Origin: Octopus sinensis
Lineage: Eukaryota
Assembly (NCBI RefSeq): GCF_006345805.1
Contig: NC_043002.1
Location: forward strand, 112,158,001 to 112,222,000
DNA: 64,000 nucleotides
Reading direction: 5' to 3'
Position 1 is the first letter of the stretch; each line of letters begins with the position of its first letter. Positions 38,603 to 53,149 of this stretch are shown here, piece by piece. The translations under genes were made by a program, and so were the position numbers. The notes beneath the pieces are model-generated. The model was not told the origin of the DNA and searched no databases. It saw only the letters and a list, made by a program, of their open reading frames with translations.

Positions 38603-39859
38603 CAGGGTGTGTACGATATTTGAGGACAGATTTATGTTTATAAAAAAAGCAAAGATATAATATCAGATAACAACTTTATTTATCAAAGTATGCTATGAGG
38701 ATAAAAGATAAACCTATTCTATAATGTTATTCAATAAAGCCACCTTCAGCTTCAACAACTGCTTCTATATGAGATCTAAATCATCTACATACTCGAATCA
38801 AGTGGTCCTGGTTCATTTTGGACATTACTCTGACTATAACAGCTATCAAAGAATCTTTGGTGTTACGAGCTTGTTCATTGATCCCTCTCTCAACAACGCT
38901 CCACTTGTAATAATCTAATGGATTGAGATCTGGGAAATTTGGAGGCCAAATGTTAGGTGTCATATGATCATGAAAATTTTAAGCCATCCATTCTTGTGTT
39001 ACTAGAACCATGTGTGATAGTGCAGAATCATACTGAACACAGATGGCCTTCCACTGCATACACTGTCTATCCAGGGCTTAGCAATTATTTCCAGGACCTC
39101 AATGTAGGCAGCAGAGTTAACTCTAAGGCCTTGTAGAAAGAAGTAAGGAGGCATCACATGTCCTTCATTGTTGACAACTCCTAAAACCATGACAGTTGCA
39201 GGAAATTTTGTATGCATAAAACTTGGAACTTCAGAAGGGTCTGCACATAACCATTTGTCATTTCTTCTGTTAAATATTTGATCTTGGTCGAAGTTTTTCT
39301 CGTTTGAGAAAAACAAAATCAAATATGCTGGATTTTTCAGTTTGTTTAATAGCCTTTTAGATCTGATGTAGTGATTTTCTTTTGCTTTTTCTGACAAATT
39401 GATCTTTCCTCAATATATAAGACGTATATCTGGGGTTTTTGTGGACAACATTTCTGACTGTTCCTTCTGACACATGGAGATCATTTGCAATTGACCTCAT
39501 GGACTTTCTGGAATTGTAATCAATGGTCTGTTGGACTTGTTGGATAAATTTGGGTGTTCTGATGATTCAAGAGCATTTAGAATGCTTTTTATGCTTTGAT
39601 ACTGATGATACATTTCCATCTTCAATCTCTAACTCCTTACAAACTTTGTAGACGAAAGATCTGGCAACTTTTAAACATCGAGATATTTCTAAATCGCTAT
39701 GCTCAGCCTTTATAACCACAATAACAGCATGCCTCTTTATTTCTTGAGTGAGCTAAGGGTCAGCCATTATTATTTTCTGAAAGAAACATTATACAAAGTT
39801 AGCAAAAAATGCAGCAATGACCCAAAAAATGTATGTCCTCAAATACCTTACGCACCCTG
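38603..39859 (-). mobile_element. Near full-length Tc1/mariner element, DD37D (maT)-like, decayed transposase
   Basis: TIRs CAGGGTGTGTACGATATTTGAGGACA and CAGGGTGCGTAAGGTATTTGAGGACA; TA on both sides; FFSNEKNF, HTKFPATVMVLGVV, WPPNFPDLNPLDYY motifs. Confidence 0.92.
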
Positions 39860-40358
39860 TATATAGTCACACACACACATATATGCACACGCACACATAC
39901 ACACGTATATACACACATACACACACAGACACACACCTCACAGACACAACCTAGATGCCTCTGTATGACCACTTCACCTGCTAAAAGTCGCAGTTAAACA
40001 TCATTTAAATCATACTCTACTCTCATAGCAAGACACATGTTGCATAATGCAAATGTTATCCAACACAGATACTTTGTGTTTAAATGAAAAATGATGATCT
40101 TGCTTGGAATGCTTTTGTTCGATACTAAAATACTACTATTACTTCACATATACACATACATACACAATGGCACACATTCAAATGCGCATGCACACATACT
40201 CGCACTTCTCATATTGATTGACCGTCTGTACAAGATGACATCATCAGATAAGTCTAGTCTGCCTAGTGCTGCAGTGAAGTATTTACAACGAACATTTTAG
40301 AAAGCTATGATGAAATATTTAGCCATATGTCAGTCATTTTATTTCTTTATCCACTGCA

Positions 40359-40742
40359 TGGAAGCACTCCGTCGGTTACGACGATGAGGGTTCCGGTTGA
40401 TCCGACCAACGGAACAGCCTGCTCGTGAAATTAACGTGTAAGTGGCTGAGCACTCCACAGACACGTGCACCCTTAACGTAGTTCTCGGGGATATTCAGCG
40501 TGACACAGAGAGTGACAAGGCCGGCCCTTTGAAGTACAGGTACAACAGAAACAGGAAGAAAGAGTGAGAGAAAGTTGTGGTGAAAGAGTACAGCAGGGAT
40601 CACCACCATGCCCTGCCGGAGCCTCGTGGAGCTTTTTAGGTGTTTTTGCTCAATAAACACTCACAACGCCCGGTCTGGGAATCGAAACCGCGATCCTACG
40701 ACCGCGAGTCCGCTGCCCTAACCACTGGGCCATTGCGCCTCC
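40359..40742 (-). mobile_element. SINE family A, full length
   Basis: TSD TTATCCACTGCAT at 40347-40359 and 40743-40755. Confidence 0.93.
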
Positions 40743-42003
40743 TTATCCACTGCATAGTTTCTATGTGATAGCTGAAGATATTGTCAATCAGCGTTTGATT
40801 CTAATCATCTTAAATTTAATCCATCTGGATAGACCTGAATCCTATAAAAACATAAAATGGATTTTGAGGAATCGTTAGAGCATCGGAAACTTAAATTTTA
40901 CCGTATCGCGGCAGGATCATTTTTCATACTCTAAATTCAAATCTCCCCCGGTTCAATAAAATACGAAAAGCGTTGGTTATATCATTTGTTCAGTTATTAA
41001 CAGTTTACGAACAATGTATAATAACTATGGATGTTTTCGGGCACCGCATTGGAAAGGCTGTACCCATTGGCATAATTGCTGTAAATACAAAACAATATAG
41101 ACTAATAATGTCTCATTCATTATCTCATGTCTGACAACAGATAAACAGTAATTGAATGATAATCACAAATATAATTCCCCAATCATTCTTGTTTCACATG
41201 CCCCACGACCGCTGTTTTCCTGTATTACTTCTCCATTTCCTTACATTTCATGTTCAAAGTGGATAGGACATGGTTTCCATGCGTACAGAGAAAATAAAGC
41301 TCTAACGAAATGGACTATATATACATAGGTATATAGTAATGTATATGTATGTATGTGTAAATAAATAAGTATTTGTACGTATTAGTTGATGCATGTATTG
41401 TAAAGGGTAAGAGGCTTCACGCGAGTAAATGCATATTTTAAAAAAAGAACTAACAGAAGAAAATATTTGGAGAACTTTATGATGGAAAAATTGTACGAAA
41501 GGATTTGCATTTGTAACTAAATTTGCTATCGGTTTCAATCACTTTAACCAGCTGATATAATTGGGCTGAAATAAAAGGGAAAATGAATTTAAATATATTA
41601 AATTATATTGATCATTCGTAATATCATTTCCGGAAATTCACATATTATTCTTCAAATAAGTCACATGGTGTAGGTGGTTCGCTTCCTTTTCAACAGAGGC
41701 CGCAGTAGTAGACGTCGTAGCTTCTAACAGTTCTATCTGTTGCCTTTTTCATTTCTATTATAGCCATGAATAAATAGCCCTTTTAAAGTTATTGAAGCAG
41801 GTAGGTTATTTAGATTAAAATATAGATACGTTCTTTTTTCCATGATAAATTTCACAAAACATTTTCTTTTCATTCTTGTAATATATGTATGTATGGATGT
41901 GTGTGAGAATATGTGTGTAAGTATATGTTTGAATGTGTGTGTGCACATGTATAAGTATTTAACTAAATGATATATATGAAATATGTATAATATATACACA
42001 TAC

Positions 42004-42075
<72 letters not shown>

Positions 42076-42183
42076 ATATATATATAAGGGGAAGGTTTAC
42101 GAAAATAAACAAAAGACGAAGGCAGGTAGAGTACAAACAAACAAATGTATTAGTATGGCGCTCAGGAATAGAAATAAAACAAG

Positions 42184-42221
42184 TCTTTTACGTTTCGAGC
42201 CTACGCTCTTCGACAGAAAGA
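42184..42221 (-). ncRNA. Minimal hammerhead motif, core CTGTCGA, in (TA)n-adjacent module 42086-42270
   Basis: TCTTT-CTGTCGA-A-GAGC GTAG GCTC-GAAA-CG-TA-AAAGA. Confidence 0.65.
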
Positions 42222-42279
42222 TACACAGAAAAGAAACCAGGAGAGAAACAAGGAGAGAAAAAAAATTCGTGTAGGAGCT

Positions 42280-42425
42280 TGATAAGTAGCTTGCTTACTA
42301 ACCACATGGTTCCGGGTTCAGTCCCACAGCGTGGCACCTTGGGCAAGTGTCTTCTACTATAGCCTCGGGCCGACCAAAGCCTTGTGAGTGGATTTGGTAG
42401 ACGGAAACTGAAAGAAGTCCGTCGT
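42280..42425 (+). mobile_element. SINE family B, 5' part
   Basis: AAGTAGCTTGCT..GAAAGAAGTCCGTCG then (TA)n. Confidence 0.85.
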
Positions 42426-42459
<34 letters not shown>

Positions 42460-44061
42460 AAGTGAGCACATTTATGCATACACACTCACACTCACGCACA
42501 AAAGCGCGTGCAAGCACCCATACACATACTCACACGCATGTATACATATATAGAGACAGACATCAGACAGATACATAGACAGATACAGATGAATAGGTAT
42601 AAAGGAAGAGATTGGTCGACGAGTTGGTGGGTGAATGACATGGTGGACAGAAAGATGAACAAATGAATAATGAGGCCAATATATAAATTGATGGGCCAAG
42701 ATACTATGCTGCGAACGTGTAAATAAGCATATAAAATTGTTTGTAGGTGCAAATGAGTCTGCGTCTTTCTGCAATTACACACACACACACACATATACAC
42801 ATGTGTGCGTGTGTGCGTGTAAACTCACATATGCATACACCTACACAAATATCGTATGTTTGCAAAACAGCCGCAAGCTTGTACAAACTTACGCCCATTC
42901 ACAGATATGCAGTTATGTATGTATGTATGTATGTGTGTGCGCGTGTGTATAAACGCATTATTCACTTATATATGAATGCTAGAATTTATATCAATATAAG
43001 TGGATATATATAGCTATATAAGTGCAAACGTAACCCTGTAAATATATATATACACAACACCCATATATATATCAATGTCTAAAGACTGTGTGTATGTGTA
43101 TAAGCATGTGTGCTTATGTATGACTACATTACATAATAATTATGCATATGTATATGTATATATATATATATGTATATATATATGTGTGTGTATATATATA
43201 TATATTTATATTTATATAATTATATTATATAAACAGGCGCATGGGTGTATATGTAAATGTACATTATATAAATGTACTTTTATGCAGATATATGCATACT
43301 CTGTTGCAAACACTTGGGGACAACACAAAGTGCACAATATATGACTTGCAATGCAACAAATGTATAATGCAGAGAAAGAAGAAAAATAATGATAGATGCA
43401 ACATACATCTAGACTTGCAACAATGCATGAAAAGATGCATGTCTTAAGGCATAAATATTTATATGCAGCCTCCTCAGATCATTCTGCATGCAGCAGCATT
43501 TATTTGCATAAAACGATCGTACTGCACACAAATGTCTTACAAAATGAAGTATATTGTTTTACCATATTATTTCATTAGATTCCATTGCAGAATACACATT
43601 ATCGCAGACGAGTAAAACAACGGCAGTAGATTCATTCTTTGAATCAGCTTTTCAATGTCTTTTATCCGCCTTTGTTGGGATCAAACTTATATCACTTCTC
43701 TCACGATGTAGGATAAAACGAGTAGATTTGATATCTATCTCTCACATCATAGGCTTTGCGTTCAAATTTTCTGTAGAACTTTCAATTAGTATTTGGATGG
43801 TAGAGAAAACTTGAACCAGCAAATGAACCACTAAGCCATGAGTTGAAGGCCCACGCATGTTACATTGAGATCGGAGTGAAATTTGAGTCTGCTAATGCCT
43901 CGATAAGAAAGAAACGTTTTAAACTTTAAGAACAAAATACTAGTTTAATATAAACTGTATACCAATGAATTTATAAAATGAAAAGGTTGCATATATCCTT
44001 TGATTAAAAAGTAAAGAACTTATGCAGTCTCCCATGTTCTTTTTTTTTTGTTGCTATATAT

Positions 44062-44445
44062 AGGCGCAGGAGTGGCTGTGTGGTAAGTAGCTTGCTAACC
44101 AACCACATGGTTCCGGGTTCAGTCCCACTGCGTGGCATCTTGGGCAAGTGTCTTCTGCTATAGCCTCGGGCCGACCAAAGCCTTGTGAGTGGATTTGGTA
44201 GACGGAAACTGAAAGAAGCCTGTCGTATATATATATATGTGTGTGTGCATATGTTTGTGTGTCTGTGTTTGTCCCTCTAGCATTGCTTGACAACCGATGC
44301 TGGTGTGTTTACGTCCCCGTCACTTAGCGGTTCGGCAAAATAGAATAAGTACTGGGCTTACAAAGAATAAGTCCCGGGGTCGATTTGCTCGACTAAAGGT
44401 GGTGCTCCAGCATGGCCGCAGTCAAATGACTGAAACAAGTAAAAA
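44062..44445 (+). mobile_element. SINE family B, full length
   Basis: consensus match. Confidence 0.92.
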
Positions 44446-44931
44446 AAAAATATGCTCTCGGTATTAAAACTGGTAGTATCAGTCAGTATCAAGTTAGTGC
44501 GACTGTGTTACTAATCAGAGGGTTGACCAAAAACTCTTTAGGCATGAAGAGGGATACGTTTAACGGTGGTCTGCTTTATCTTATTTGTGGCCAATTTACC
44601 AATTAATAAAAACAAAAACCGTTGTTTTGTAAAGACAATCACTTTCCTAGAAATATTTTTTTTTCTTTTTCTTTTAAATCAACGCTTACCTTCAAAAAGA
44701 CTCATTGGATAATATCTTCCTAGATAAATTTTATCTGAAAAATATAACAATAGACGGTGCGATCATTTATCACTGCCATTGACTGTAGAGTTTGTTTAAT
44801 CAGAACTAATATAGAGCAAACAAGAAAAACATTTCCGCTCATTCTTTTATTAAGAAATATGTACCAAATCATTATCATGGATTGTTACCTGCGGTAGATC
44901 AGCGTCTTCTGTGAGGAATTTTATTTTTTAA

Positions 44932-45325
44932 CTAGCAGTATCGCCCGGCGTTGCTCGGGTTTGTAAGGGAAATAACTATATAAGCATTTTTAGAGATGTA
45001 AAGTATAATAGCCATCTCAATATGGCTAACCACAAAGGGAGGTGTTACTGTAGCTTTTTACGTTCTGAGATTTAATAATACATTTTTAGAGAGTTACTTC
45101 CCTCATATAATAGCAAAAAAAATGCATTAAAAATGGGAAAAAATGATGGTAATTTTTTTTTTAATCGTAGTCTCATCGTAGACGCACGCTAATACCCAGA
45201 AGGGCTCGATATGAATCACGACTATAAGATACCCGCTTTTGGTTACACTGCACCGCAAAATGTGGGAGTAGTTAGGAATCTAAATCGTAGGAGACAGACA
45301 GCACACAACCTCACATATATATAGA
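44932..45325 (-). mobile_element. Non-autonomous Helitron
   Basis: TC...CCCGAGCAACGCCGGG..CTAG on the minus strand; A/T target. Confidence 0.87.
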
Positions 45326-46042
45326 TGTCAAGAAATTAGAGTGAAAATCTAACCGTTAAAAACCATCGAGGTTTATGTGACTTTTAGATCAATTTACTAT
45401 TCCTACTAAGCAGTAAATACGTATATACTCTACTTTCCTATAAGAATTATACAACATAGCGTTTACAAATATTAATATTAATTAAAACTATCAGTACCGG
45501 TGGAAATTCCTTGGCCAAGTTTATCGTACAGTGTCAGCCATAACATCACCCAACTCTGTAATAGTATCCCGTTATTTCCTTCATAATCTTTCAATTAATT
45601 TCTAAAAAAATACTGCTTATTCGCTTTGATCACAGTCTCTATCTTAGCCTGTTTTCTCAGTCTAGTTGGTGCAACATATTTTGCCTATCACCATCGTTCA
45701 TATAAAGTTTCCCTTTTTTGATTAGCATTCCTCATTTTTTTTCTATAAGTTTGAACCTTGTCGTTCGTCGTTCGTCGTTCGTCAAACGTCACCTCCACCT
45801 TCCATCTTTCTGCGTTAATATCATTATTTTTTTCATGATTTAATACTTATCGCCGCCCAGGTTCTCTTCTCATTCGTAATTCTTATTTCTTTTCTTTGCC
45901 CTTGCCCCAGTCTTTCTCTATATCTTCTCCCCCTCAACCGATTAAATTCTCGCTGTCCTGCTCTGTTATCATTGTCCACCGTAGCACACCAAAGTCTCTT
46001 TCGGTAATAAAATAATTTTAAAAGCACTTGATGTTATATATA

Positions 46043-46266
46043 TTTCTTTACTACCCACAAGGGGCTAAACATAGAGGGGACAAACAAGGACAGACAAACG
46101 GATTAAGTCGATTACATCGACCCCAGTGCGTAACTGGTACTTAATTTATCGACCCCGAAAGGATGAAAGGTAAAGTCGACCTCGGCGGAATTTGAACTCA
46201 GAACGTAACGGCAGACGAAATACGGCTACACATTTCGCCCGGCGGGCTAACGTTTCTGCCAGCTCG
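46043..46266 (-). mobile_element. SINE family C
   Basis: consensus match. Confidence 0.9.
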
Positions 46267-46406
46267 TTCTATGTTATATAGTTGGGGACATCCATCTCGA
46301 AGATACGCCATTACCCATCTTTTACGAAGTAAGAAACACGGCTGTTAATCTACTGAGTCTCTACGATATACCGTTACACACATTTTAAGAATACAGTTTT
46401 TAATAA

Positions 46407-46799
46407 TCTTTATATATAAAGGTGAGGTTGTGTGTCTGTCTCCTACGATTTAGTTTCCTAACTACTCCCACATTTTGCAGTGCAGTTTAACCAAAACCGG
46501 GTATCTTATAGTCGTGATTCATATCGAGCCCTTCTGGGTATTAGCACGCGTCTACGATGAGTCTACGATTTTAAAAACAATTTACCATCAATTTTTCCCA
46601 TTTTTAATGCATTGTGGGCATATATAAGGGAAGTAACTCTCTAAAAAATGTATTATTAAATCTCAGAACGTAAAAAGCTACAGTAACACCCCCCTTTGTG
46701 GTTAACCATATTGAGATGGCTATTATACTTTACATCTCTAAAAATACTTATATAGTTATTTCCCTTACAAACCCGAGCAACGCCGGGCGATACTGCTAG
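46407..46799 (+). mobile_element. Non-autonomous Helitron
   Basis: A|TCTTTATATATAAAGG...CCCGAGCAACGCCGGGCGATACTGCTAG|T. Confidence 0.9.
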
Positions 46800-47029
46800 T
46801 TACCAATAAAAATTTTCAATATAATAGATATTGATATATGTTCAATCTTCACGACAATGACTTGCTCTAAGACGCATGCGTTAAATTGTCAGGTAAATGG
46901 TGGAAGAGAGAAAATCAAACAACCGCTACTGGCACATGTACATACGCACCATGTACATACAACCACCCATACCAACGCTAATGGCGTGCAGACATATCCA
47001 CCTACCCACCATTCTCTCACCAGTATATA

Positions 47030-47192
47030 TTTCTTTACTACCCATAAGGGGCTAAACATAGAGGGGACAAACAAGGACAGACAAAGGGATTAAGTCGATT
47101 ACACCGACCCAGTGCGAAACTGGTACTTTATTTATCGACTCCGAGAGGATGAAAGGCAAAGTTGACCTCGGTGGAATTTGAACTCAAAACGT
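47030..47192 (-). mobile_element. SINE family C, 5'-truncated
   Basis: tail and core present, head lost after TTTGAACTCA. Confidence 0.85.
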
Positions 47193-47615
47193 GACCACCA
47201 GTATATTGTCGTCTGTGTGTTCGCGCCAATATTGACCGTATGCGCGTGCTTGTATGTGTCCATTGCTAGTAGTGTTCGTTAGACTCTCTCTCTCCCTCTC
47301 TCCCCCTCTCCCTCTCTCCCCATCTCCCTCTCTGCCCCCTCTCTCTCTCTCGTTCTCGCTCCCTCTCTCCCCTTTTCTCACTTTCGCTCATACATGTTTA
47401 CTATCTCCTTTCAACAGCATGACAACATTCTTTATACCACCGGAATTTACCGTTAGGACCTTATTGTAATAGATATCCAGCCACTAACTTCTTCGAATAT
47501 ACTTTTATCTTTATTATAGGCACGATGGCCCGAATTAAGAGGGGACATTACAAAACAGGACATGGAGTACATATAATAAAAAAAATCGAAAAATATGAAG
47601 TGAAAATGAATTATT

Positions 47616-48030
47616 GCGAAGGAGTGGCTGTGTGGTAAGTAGCTTGCTAACCAACCACATGGTTCCGGGTTCAGTCCCACTGCGTGGCATCTTGGGCAAG
47701 TGTCTTCTGCTATAGTCCCGAGCCGACCAATGCCCTGTGAGTGGATTTGGTAGACGGAAACTGAAAGAAGCCTGTCGTATATATGTATATATATATATAT
47801 ATATATGTGTGTGTATGTTTTTGTGTGTCTGTGTTTGTCACCCCCAACATCGCTTGACAACCGATGCTGGTGTGTTTACGTCCCCGTCACTTAGCGGTTC
47901 GGCAAAAGAAACCGATAGAATAAGTACAGGGCTTACAAAGAATCAGTCCCGGGGTCGATTTGCTCGACTAAAGGCGGTGCTCCAGCATGGCCGCAGTCAA
48001 ATGACTGAAACAAGTAAAAGAGTAAAGAGT
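47616..48030 (+). mobile_element. SINE family B
   Basis: consensus match. Confidence 0.9.
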
Positions 48031-48523
48031 AATTAAATGGAATGGCTTAGGAGCCCCCCAAAACTCGTAGTTTCATTTAAAATACAATTCTGCTATTACT
48101 GGTCGTTCATCTGTAATGTATTCTATCAACTTCTCCTGGTCTACAATCGCTGGCAAACTGTCGCAACGGATATATTGCATTTCACAAACAGTCGAAAACA
48201 CTGGACAAGATATTATCCACTCTTGGTTCCCTGTTGCTTTAACTTTAGTTGTCGCTATTGTTGATGTTTTTGTTGTTGTTTACCCCCTTCCCAACCCGGA
48301 CACCCTTGATGACGCAAAACTATAATGAAAGATGCTCCAGCTGTAGCGATCCTTTTCTTTATTATTTTGTAAACGTGACATACATACATACACCTAGCGT
48401 CCTATCTTTTAAGACACTAGGTTGTGACGTTTGCGAAATTTGGCTGATATTCTTGTTTAAAAGTTCTTCTGTTGCGTTGACTCTTCCTTGTGTCTTACCG
48501 CTGTTGTTTTATCGCAAGTTTGT

Positions 48524-48906
48524 GGAGGCGCAATGGCCCAGTGGTTAGGGCAGCGGACTCGCGGTCATAGGATCGCGGTTTCGATTCCCAGACCGGGCGT
48601 TGTGAGTGTTTATTGAGCGAAAACACCTAAAAGCTCCACGAGGCTCCGGCAGGGGATGGTGGTGATCCCTGCTATACTCTTCCACCACAACTTTCTCTCA
48701 CTCTTACTTCCTGTTTCTGTTGTACCTGTATTTCAAAGGGCCGGCCTTGTCACTCTCTGTGTCACGCTGAATATCCCCGAGAACTACGTTAAGGGTACAC
48801 GTGTCTGTGGAGTGCTCAGCCACTTACACGTTAATTTCACGAGCAGGCTGTTCCGTTGATCGGATCAACCGGAACCCGCGTCGTCGTAACCGACGGAGTG
48901 CTTCCA
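48524..48906 (+). mobile_element. SINE family A, full length
   Basis: TSD ATC(G/C)CAAGTTTG on both sides. Confidence 0.93.
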
Positions 48907-49693
48907 TCCCAAGTTTGGCCTTATCAAGCTGACCTCTGCTCCGACTATGATCATCCTGCCTTCTTTGGACAATATTATCTAATGTGCTCTTCCTTTCTTA
49001 AATCCGAGTTGTGGGAGCTTTGGTTGGTATTTCTAGCAGGTCAAACATTTGTATAAGGGATCCGCAACTGTCTCGGCTATACTGTTATACTATAAGTGAG
49101 TCCATTTGATCTTATGTAGCCGATACTTTCATATGGAAATGTTAGAACCCGAAAATACTTAAAATTATTTCCTTCCCAGAAATCTCTGCTACAAGACATT
49201 TTCTGCGACAGAAAGTAAAAGAGAAGGAGAGAGAGATAAAAGATGATAGAAAAAGAAGAGGGAAAAGAAGGAAAAATCCTTTTTGTAAAATACTAGAATG
49301 TAAACGATGTGGCCTGCAGTCGTTACCTATGAAGACATGAAAATCGTCTCCATCACAGAACTAAACATTGAAAAGCACTCAAAACTTCTAAAACCTTAGT
49401 GAAAAGTGAATGAAATTTAAACATCAAACGAAGCTTTATTAAAGCATTTTAACAGTCTTAGAATCTGTTAATCTCATTAACGTTCATTACGAACAAAAGG
49501 AAAAAAATCAAACAGAAATTATGATACACAGAGAACACCGATCAAACATAAAGGTTAGCAGTCGTTGTTATAGATAAGTGTTTAGTCATAATTTGATCAG
49601 CTGAGATACACATGGAGGTAATAACTAAATCGATATGCACACAAATATATATATATATATATATATCCATATGCACATGTGTACATATGTATT

Positions 49694-49729
<36 letters not shown>

Positions 49730-50407
49730 CACACACATGTATATACATATATATATATATACATACATACTTATATAGAGAGATAGACACACACACACAC
49801 ACACACGTTTAGGCATTACAAGCGAAGGTAAAGACCGCAGAATACATGATGTAGAATTTGTATTCATATTCAGAGATTCACACTCCTGAACTGTATACGT
49901 AATAGATCAAACAATATAGATAGTGAACAAAGATATGGTCTCATTTAAGGGTAGGGAAAACACCTCTTCCCTGTTTAGTGTCTCATTCGTCTTAGAAATC
50001 ACTACGTCTCTGTCTTCAGAGGCATAAAGCACACTCGATAAACCAACCCTTATAAATCAACATATCTTGAAACTGCTGGTGCTCCAGATATTAAAGCAAA
50101 CAATGATATCCCTTAACTAAAACACCGTGATATTACTCCATCACTGTTATTTGAAAAGATATCTCCCGAATAGTTTCCAGATGTATCAAGGCTTCGCCGA
50201 TACAAATTCATAGCTACTACATTTAATTATGTTCATAATATTGTAAATTTTCTAACCATAAGCGATAACTAGGAAGCCTTGCTAACAACATAGTGATCCA
50301 GTTACCCTCAGTGTGAAACACATTCGATGATGTGAATCGGCTTGGGAAATGGGAACCAGTGTGCCTAGTGTTTTGCAGACAAAGCTTTGTTGCCTTGATT
50401 CGAAACT

Positions 50408-50713
50408 CCAAACCGCTAGGACACCACGAACAGGCCACCACACCTTCACGTGATCGGTCTATTAATCGACCGATTAGCTTAAGGCTGTGACGTGATATGG
50501 TTTTCTCGGATGTTGCATCCTATAAAAGACCGTGTATACGCTCAATTAATCGCAGTGCGTTAAAGGCGGTCAGGCAAAATGCGCCTCCGCCCTTGCCATG
50601 AACCTCTGCGCAAACAACTTCAGGTTTTTGAACAGACCTATACTGAACATTCACACAATGTCAGATAAGTAACATCTACGGACACAGCGTTGTTTTTCTC
50701 TCTATCCCAGTCA
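50408..50713 (+). repeat. 306-bp segment duplicated at 54727-55032 (about 14 substitutions by eye)
   Basis: direct alignment of the two copies. Confidence 0.92.
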
Positions 50714-53149
50714 GCAAATTTTTATGTTGTTCATTATAAACTGCCAGCACCAAATGTTTTTGTTTGTTTTTTATGTCCCGCAATAAATACTTCAGATAAA
50801 TATTCGCAGGTTGGTTTCGGTTATTATTCACGCAACCATCGAAATATATCTTCATTTTCCCGATGCTCAAGCGACAAGCAACCGGTAACAGCTTTATTCC
50901 ATGTCTTTATTCAATATGTTAACCAACCATGTGTATAATTTACATGTGTATAATGTTGATTAGGGGTCTCCTGTTGTGATTTATGGTGTGTGTTCTTGGA
51001 GCAGTATTGAGGAGAGCATCCCGATATCCCATATTCGGGGTGTGGGGGTTTAGGAGGCCTTCGTTGTAATCATTGCAAGTGGTGTGGGTTTGTTGTGCAT
51101 GGTTGTTTAACCGGTTAATGGGACGAAGATTTCGTTGGTAACTCCTTTGGGTGGGGATGAGGTTGCAGTGTCTATGCTGTGGGTGTTGATTTATCCTTTC
51201 TCTGCTTGAAGTGGGGGTATTCCTGATATTGTATCGCTGGCTGCTTACAGAGTTAGGGTTAGGTCCTGTATTCTTTTTTTGATAGTAGTGAAGGTTCCTA
51301 TTTTTAGACAGGTGTGTATCGGTGTTTGGGTGTTGTTTTGGTTTTCTTATTTTCTGGAAAGGGTTGTTGGAGGCGTGAGATCCACAAAAGTGAAAAAATA
51401 AGCAACGCATGCAAGATAGCTACAGACAAAATAATTAAAGTCCCTAATCCTAATGACCTCAAATTGAGACCCATAATAGCAGGTCCCGCATGCGAAACCC
51501 ACCGCCTCAGTAACTTTTTAGACACCCTGTTAAAACCACTCCTCAAACATGTCAAAAGCTATATAAGGGACGACTTATATATGCTCAATCACCTACCGAA
51601 TACTATAAACAAAAAAACACCATACTGGTATCCTTCGATGTAGTCAACCTCTACTCCAATATCCCCCACAACCTAGGACTAGAGGCAATCCAATTCTGGC
51701 TAGAGAATCACGCCAACGAACTACCACACCGCATCAAAAAAGAATTTGTGATAGAAGGGGTTAAATTCATCCTGGAAAATAACTTCTTCGCCTTCAATGA
51801 CAACTTCTACCGACAAAAATCGGGGACTGCGATGGGTACACGATGGCCCCCTCCTTTGCCAACCTAGTCATAGGATACCTAGAGATCAGTCTGTATCCTA
51901 AGGTTCTAGAAAGATATGGCAGCCCTTTCTCCATCTACATAGAAAACAACTGGAAGAGATATCTAGATGACTGTTTCATCCTTGGCATAAAAATATAGAA
52001 AAACTCATAGAATTCCAGAAAATTTTAAACGGACTGGACGTAAACATCCAATTCACGATGGAATATAGCCAACAACAACTCCCCTTCCTCGATATCCTCA
52101 TTAAGAAAGCTAATAATATAATAGAAACAGACATATACTATAAGCCTACAGACTCTAAGCAATATCTTCCATTCAATTCATGCCACCCCAGACACACCAG
52201 GATGAATATCCCCTTCAATCTAGCAAAAAGGATATGCACTATAGTCTCTAACGCAAACACCAGAGACACACGACTACAAGAACTAAAAGATACCCTAATC
52301 ACCAGGAACTATCCACCTTCACTTATTGACAAATGCATTCAACGTGCCCTTCAACTTAACATCAAGGAACTGAGACATCCCAAATCAAAGAAAAACTTAC
52401 AACCAAAAGCCTTACCATACATCTCCACACACAACCCTCTCAATAACGAAGCCTTCGACACCATCCTCCACAACATACCCCTCCTAAAAAAAGACCACAG
52501 AATGAACACAATCCTCCAAACACACACGATCATAAAAAGCAAAAGACAGCCTAGATCCATGAAAAGTCTCCTTACACAAGCCCGAATTCACTCTTCAACA
52601 CAGAAGCCGACAGTAAAAAAATGTGGAAGACCCAATTGCGGGATATGCGACTATCTAATCGAGGGTTCTGAGTTCTCCTTCAAACAGGGACAACGTTTTA
52701 CAGTGAAAAGCAACTTCACATGTGCTTCGGAGAACCTAATATACTCACTAACCTGCTCCGGGTGTCAAGAGCAGTACATAGGCCAAACAAAAAATGGTTT
52801 GCGTAAACGAATGGCCTGCACAGATCCCAGATAAAAATTCCCAAAACAGAAAAATAGCTTTTAGCCAACACATAGATACTTGCGCCAACAAAAAAACACC
52901 AAACTTCAGAATTTTCCCCCTCTACCAATTTAGGGACGATACAACCTCGAGACAACGAATAAGTAAAGAAAATCTCTTTATTACAAAATACAAGCCACGT
53001 CTTAACGGGTCTACGACAAACAATTAATATACCTCAACTTTAGAATAAAAGAAAAAAAATATATACACACACAAATACTACACTCCATAGAATCCATTAC
53101 TAATCAGCCCCTTCATAGCTATATTTACACCCATTCATATTCTCCCTTC

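Noticed and set aside
45490-46030. Possible very old LINE RT remnant on the minus strand
   Set aside because: Only a faint QGSNL-like motif with many stops; too weak to call.
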